Part shown: piece after piece, positions 47,915-52,301 of the stretch
How the letters are laid out: each line of letters starts with the position of its first letter
Numbering within the stretch: position 1 is the stretch's first letter
From: Micropepsaceae bacterium
GTDB taxonomy: Bacteria > Pseudomonadota > Alphaproteobacteria > Micropepsales > Micropepsaceae
DNA length: 52,301 nucleotides
Assembly (NCBI GenBank): GCA_035632215.1
Contig: DASQHF010000050.1
Coordinates: 1 to 52,301 of the forward strand
Direction: 5' to 3'
Notes under the pieces: generated by a model
The model's input: the letters and a program-made list of their open reading frames with translations, nothing else
Told to the model about the DNA's origin: nothing
Database searches by the model: none
Translations under genes and position numbers: made by a program

Positions 47915-49570
47915 ATGAGCGAACAGCGCGAGAGCATGGAGTTCGACGTCGTCATCGTCGGCGCGGGGCCGGCGGGAGTTTCGGCGGCGATCCGGCTGAA
48001 GCAGCTCGCGCAAGCGGCATCGCGCGAGATTTCCGTCTGCGTGATCGAGAAGGGCGCCGAGGTCGGCGCGCACATTCTCTCGGGCGCGGTGATCGATCCG
48101 ATTGCCTTGAATGAGCTCATTCCCGATTGGAAAGCTCGCGGTGCGCCGGTCGAGACGGAAGTCGCCGACGACCGGTTCTACTATCTCACTGCAACCTCCG
48201 GCATACGCATTCCGAATCTCTTGATGCCGCCTTTGATGAGCAATCGCGGCAACTACATCATAAGCCTCGGCCAGCTCTGCCGCTGGCTCGCGCGCGAAGC
48301 CGAAGCACTCGGGGTCGAGATCTATCCCGGCTTCGCCGCGGTCGATGTCGAGCTTTCGGAGAAGGACGAAGTCACCGGCATCGTCACGGGCGACATGGGT
48401 GTCGCCCGCGATGGACATCGTAAAGCGAATTACGCGCCGGGCATGGTCTTGAAGAGTAAGTACACGTTGATAGCGGAAGGCGCGCGCGGCTCTCTCGCCA
48501 AAAAACTGATCGCACGCTTCAAGCTTAATGCGACGAGCACGCCGCAGACCTTCGGTCTCGGCATAAAAGAGCTGTGGGAGATTCCTAAAGGCTCGCACAG
48601 GCCGGGCCTCGTGATGCACAGCATGGGCTGGCCGCTGACCAATCACACCGGCGGCGGCTCGTTCGTCTATCACTACGGCGACAGACTGGTGGCCGTCGGC
48701 TTCGTGGTCCATCTCGATTACCGCAATCCCTATCTCTCGCCCTTCGACGAGTTTCAGCGCTTCAAGACTCACAAGATGATCCGCCCGATGCTCGAGGGCG
48801 GACGGCGCATCGCTTATGGCGCGCGCGCGATCACCGAGGGTGGACTGCAAGCCGTGCCGAAGCTCGTGTTTAAAGGCGGCGCGCTCATCGGCTGCGCGGC
48901 GGGCTTCGTCAATGTGCCGCGGATAAAGGGCAGCCACAATGCGATGAAGACGGGGATGCTCGCCGCTCAATCCGTGTTCAAGGCGCTGCAAGAAGACCGC
49001 GCGCATGACGAGCTCGGCGATTACGAAACTGCTTACAGGACGTCTTGGGTCTACAAGGACCTTCAGCGGGTGAGGAACGTCAAACCTCTATGGTCCCGTT
49101 TCGGCACGCTTCTAGGTGTGCCCTTGAGCGGCTTCGACATGTGGGCGAACCAACTCCTCGGCTTTTCGCCGTTCGGGACGCTGCGCAACATGACGCCCGA
49201 TTTCGCGCAGCTTCAGCTTGCGGCTCGCGCAACTCCGATCGCCTATCCGCGCCCCGATGGCGTGGTGAGTTTCGACAAACTTTCATCGGTTTTTCTGAGT
49301 GGCACCCGTCATGATGAGGACGAGCCGGTTCACCTGAAATTGACCGATCCCGCCCTACCCATAGCGACGAATTTGCCCGTCTATGCAGAACCCGCGCAGC
49401 GTTACTGCCCGGCTGGGGTGTTTGAAGTGGTCCATGGCAACCAACCGCGCTTCGTGATCAACGCGTCCAACTGCGTCCACTGCAAGACCTGCGATATCAA
49501 GGACCCGGCGCAGAACATTACCTGGGTTCCACCTGAAGGGGGCGACGGACCGGCTTACGGGGCCATGTGA
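47915..49570 (+). CDS. electron transfer flavoprotein-ubiquinone oxidoreductase
   Basis: 551 aa with the FAD dinucleotide fold VVIVGAGPAGVSAA and the C-terminal 4Fe-4S region CPAGVF...CVHCKTCDIKDP. Confidence 0.92.
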   Translation: MSEQRESMEFDVVIVGAGPAGVSAAIRLKQLAQAASREISVCVIEKGAEVGAHILSGAVIDPIALNELIPDWKARGAPVETEVADDRFYYLTATSGIRIPNLLMPPLMSNRGNYIISLGQLCRWLAREAEALGVEIYPGFAAVDVELSEKDEVTGIVTGDMGVARDGHRKANYAPGMVLKSKYTLIAEGARGSLAKKLIARFKLNATSTPQTFGLGIKELWEIPKGSHRPGLVMHSMGWPLTNHTGGGSFVYHYGDRLVAVGFVVHLDYRNPYLSPFDEFQRFKTHKMIRPMLEGGRRIAYGARAITEGGLQAVPKLVFKGGALIGCAAGFVNVPRIKGSHNAMKTGMLAAQSVFKALQEDRAHDELGDYETAYRTSWVYKDLQRVRNVKPLWSRFGTLLGVPLSGFDMWANQLLGFSPFGTLRNMTPDFAQLQLAARATPIAYPRPDGVVSFDKLSSVFLSGTRHDEDEPVHLKLTDPALPIATNLPVYAEPAQRYCPAGVFEVVHGNQPRFVINASNCVHCKTCDIKDPAQNITWVPPEGGDGPAYGAM

Positions 49571-49622
49571 CGATCCGAGGAAATCGGACTATGATTCAAG
49601 CAGTCCAGAGGAAGGCAACACC

Positions 49623-51332
49623 GTGAACTTCAAGAGAGTCTTGGCCCTTCTACCGTTGGGCGCCCTTAGCCTTGCCGCCTGCAGCACCGTTCAGTCGATC
49701 GGTTCGTCGATCACGACGCCCAACGAACCGCAGCCCACGCCGGCGGGCACTTATCTCGCCGCGAACTTCGCCGCTGCCGAAGGCGACGTAAAGGCGGCGT
49801 CGGCCTTCTATGCCAACATCCTCAAGGATGATCCCGACAACGAGGATCTCTTGGCGCGCACCTTCCTCTACTCGGCGGAGTCCGGCGACATCGAGCAGTC
49901 GTCGCTGCTCGCCGATCGCGTCATCGCCCAGGAGCCGCAGAACCGGCCCGCGCATCTGGTGCGCGAGGCAACCGCGATGGCGAAGAAGGACTACGCGGCG
50001 GTTTTGAAAGATCTCGAGACGCCCAATCCGGTCGCCTTTGTCGCGCTCACCAACGATGTCGTGGAGGCCTGGGCGCACGCCGGACTGCACGATACCGACG
50101 GGGCGCTGCACGCGCTCGACGCGCTCTCGCAGCAGCGGGGCGTGGACGGGTTGAGGCTGATGCACAAGGCGCTCATCCTCGAATATTCCGGCCGCGACAA
50201 GGACGCCGAAGCCGCATATCGCGACACATTGGCGCTCCCCGGCATGGGGCCGCGAGCGGCGGACGCCTTCGGGCGCTTCTTGCGCCGCCACGGCAAGGCC
50301 GACGAGGCCAAGGCCATATACGAAAAGTCGCTGCGCGACACGCCGGGAAATCCGGTCGCAGCCGCGGCACTCAAGGAGATCGCCCAGAACAAGTCGCCCG
50401 CGGCCCTGGTCAGTTCGCCGGCGGAGGGCGTGGCCGAGGCTCTGTTCGGCATCGCCGCGTCCTTGAACGATCAGCGCAGCGCCGACGTGGCGATCCTTTA
50501 TCTCAACTTGACGCTCTATCTGCATCCCGATTTCGATCTCGCGCGCGTGCTGCTTGCCAATCATTACGAGACTCTGCGCAAGTTCGATCTGGCGAACGTG
50601 ATCTACGCCGCAATTCCGACCTCCTCGCCTTACTACGTGATGACGCAGGTGCAGGCCGCCATCAATGACGGCCGCATGGATCAGGCCATGGTCGGCGCAA
50701 CCAAGCTCAAAGCTCTGTCGGCGACCCAGCCCAAGGACCTCGACGTGTGGACGGCGCTGGGTGATCTCTATCGGAGCAGCAACCAGTATGTCGAAGCCGC
50801 GGCAGCCTATGACCATGCGATCGGTACCTTGCCAGAGGGCGACCGCCGGCTGGTCGGGCTCTATTACGCGCGCGGCGTTTCGCGCGGCAACTCCAATCGC
50901 TGGCAGGATGCCGAGAAGGACTTCCAGAGCGCGCTGAAGATCAATCCCGACCGCGTCGATGTGCTCAACTATCTCGGCTACAGCTGGGTTGAGCGAGGGC
51001 AGCATCTGGACGAAGCCGTCGCCATGCTCGAGAAGGCGCATGCGTTGCGGCCATTGGATGGCTTCATCGCCGATTCCGTCGGCTGGGCCTATTATCGTCT
51101 CGGCCGCTATCAGGATGCGGCGCGCACTTTGGAAGACGCGGTGCAGCTTGCGCCGGGCGCTCCCGACATCAACGATCACTTGGGCGATGCCTATTGGCGC
51201 GTCGGGCGGAAGAACGATGCGCGTTTCCAGTGGCAGCACGCGCTCGCGCTGAAACCCGACCCGAAGCAGAAGCCGGTCATCGAGCGCAAGATCCAGTTCG
51301 GTCTCGACGAAGTGTCCGCCTCCGGACAGTGA
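49623..51332 (+). CDS. tetratricopeptide repeat lipoprotein
   Basis: 569 aa with a GTG start and the lipobox LSLAAC. There are multiple TPR-like repeats (A...Y...L...P......LG). Confidence 0.8.
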   Translation: MNFKRVLALLPLGALSLAACSTVQSIGSSITTPNEPQPTPAGTYLAANFAAAEGDVKAASAFYANILKDDPDNEDLLARTFLYSAESGDIEQSSLLADRVIAQEPQNRPAHLVREATAMAKKDYAAVLKDLETPNPVAFVALTNDVVEAWAHAGLHDTDGALHALDALSQQRGVDGLRLMHKALILEYSGRDKDAEAAYRDTLALPGMGPRAADAFGRFLRRHGKADEAKAIYEKSLRDTPGNPVAAAALKEIAQNKSPAALVSSPAEGVAEALFGIAASLNDQRSADVAILYLNLTLYLHPDFDLARVLLANHYETLRKFDLANVIYAAIPTSSPYYVMTQVQAAINDGRMDQAMVGATKLKALSATQPKDLDVWTALGDLYRSSNQYVEAAAAYDHAIGTLPEGDRRLVGLYYARGVSRGNSNRWQDAEKDFQSALKINPDRVDVLNYLGYSWVERGQHLDEAVAMLEKAHALRPLDGFIADSVGWAYYRLGRYQDAARTLEDAVQLAPGAPDINDHLGDAYWRVGRKNDARFQWQHALALKPDPKQKPVIERKIQFGLDEVSASGQ

Positions 51333-52279
51333 GCAAGGACCGAGATAAAGCCGATCGAAGCCTTACCCCTGATGCCGCGCCTTCGCGCGGCATCAGCGTT
51401 TGTGCGCCGGCGAAGCTCAATCTGTTTTTGCATGTCGGCGAGAAGCGGCCCGACCGCTATCACGCGCTGGAAAGCCTGGTCGTGTTTGCCGAGGCTTCAG
51501 ACCGGCTCGAGCTCTCGCCCGCAGCTGCGCTCAGCCTGAAGATCACCGGTCCATTCCGCGCCCAGGTGCCCAAGGGCGAGAACAATCTCGTGCTCAAAGC
51601 CGCGCGAGCGCTCCAGGAGTTGGGAAGAAAAGGCGAGGGTGCCGAGATCACACTCGAGAAGAACCTCCCCGTTACCGCGGGCCTCGGCGGCGGCTCGGCC
51701 GATGCCGCGGCGGTTTTAAGGGCCTTGAACGTGCTTTGGCATCTGGATCGGCCGGAAAGCGAGCTCATCGAGATCGCCGCCGAGCTCGGCTCGGACGTGC
51801 CGGCGTGCCTCTTATCACGCCCATGCTGGATGGAGGGCCGCGGCGAACAGGTGACGAAGACGCCGCCCTTACCCCAGCTTGCCGCCGTGCTCGTCAATCC
51901 GGGCGTTCAAGTCCCGACTGCGGAAGTGTTCGCGGCTTTGAACGCGCGCACGGGCGTCGGCCAGATGCGGCCACCGCCTGCGAGCGTCCAGAGCCTGTGG
52001 GACATGGTCGCCTATCTCGACGATGCCACCAACGATCTCGAAGCGCCCGCCTGCCGGCTTTACCCGGTGATCGACGAAGTGCTCGACGCCTTGAGTCAGG
52101 AACCGGGCTGCGTCGTAGCGCAGATGTCGGGAAGCGGCGCCACCTGCTTCGGCCTGTTCGAAAGCGGCCAACTCGCGCTCGGCGGCGCGGAGCGGATCGC
52201 GCTCGAGCATCCGGTATGGTGGGTGCGCGCAACGCGCATCGCGGGCGCCGACATCGGCGCGCCGCGTTGGAAGGCGTGA
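51329..52279 (+). CDS. ispE: 4-(cytidine 5'-diphospho)-2-C-methyl-D-erythritol kinase
   Basis: The GTG at 51329 overlaps the TPR stop (GTGA). It has the GHMP kinase motif PVTAGLGGGSADAAA and the N-terminal APAKLNLFLHV. Confidence 0.9.
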   Translation: MSKDRDKADRSLTPDAAPSRGISVCAPAKLNLFLHVGEKRPDRYHALESLVVFAEASDRLELSPAAALSLKITGPFRAQVPKGENNLVLKAARALQELGRKGEGAEITLEKNLPVTAGLGGGSADAAAVLRALNVLWHLDRPESELIEIAAELGSDVPACLLSRPCWMEGRGEQVTKTPPLPQLAAVLVNPGVQVPTAEVFAALNARTGVGQMRPPPASVQSLWDMVAYLDDATNDLEAPACRLYPVIDEVLDALSQEPGCVVAQMSGSGATCFGLFESGQLALGGAERIALEHPVWWVRATRIAGADIGAPRWKA

Positions 52280-52301
52280 CTTGGGGTCAGACACCAGCTG
52301 C

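Noticed and set aside
51194-51328. An upstream extension of the ispE ORF into the TPR gene.
   Set aside because: It overlaps the TPR gene in another frame and is Arg/Ala-rich. The GTG at 51329 gives a GTGA stop-start overlap and a normal IspE N-terminus.

Overview
This is a GC-rich window (about 60-65% by eye) that reads as core chromosome of an alphaproteobacterium, probably Hyphomicrobiales/Rhizobiales-like. I call about 55 tightly packed protein genes, and almost all are recognisable housekeeping functions. In order they include panC, putA, mipZ, a SPOR-fused DD-carboxypeptidase, a phasin, clpS-clpA, aguA-aguB, divK-pleD, xthA, erpA/iscA, dgt, nagZ-scpA-scpB, an MFS pump and a GDT1/UPF0016 protein. 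They continue with rnd, aspS, the F0 ATP synthase operon atpI-B-E-F'-F, smc, dsbA-like, DUF721/DciA-like, mutY, ccrM, rnhB, a PA0069-type radical SAM, moaB, slt, a family-4 UDG, ETF-QO, a TPR lipoprotein and ispE. I found no tRNA, rRNA, CRISPR array, transposase, integrase, or defence or toxin gene, and no obvious compositional island. The many long ORFs antisense to real genes look like high-GC shadow ORFs. I therefore do not see a convincing new multi-gene system and regard the window as ordinary, cell-cycle- and chromosome-biology-rich core genome. Six observations deserve a second look. (1) An alphaproteobacterial LexA box (GTTC-N7-GTTC) abuts the start of the radical-SAM/SplB-like gene. 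(2) Five GANTC (CcrM) sites lie within 68 bp just upstream of ccrM. (3) Two 15-bp TGC-rich palindromes bracket a consensus promoter of the phasin gene, resembling PhaR operators. (4) Three tandem lipoprotein genes include two whose mature products are about 45 residues of Ala, Pro and Glu only. (5) A secreted Gly/Trp/Tyr-rich protein carries a conserved two-Cys C-terminal motif. (6) A DUF6152-like secreted protein with a predicted His-His mature N-terminus is paired with a small membrane protein. Gene packing is also unusually tight: several convergent pairs share their stop codons, and mutY and ccrM overlap by 28 bp. All functional calls come from motif and family recognition by eye. No database search was run.
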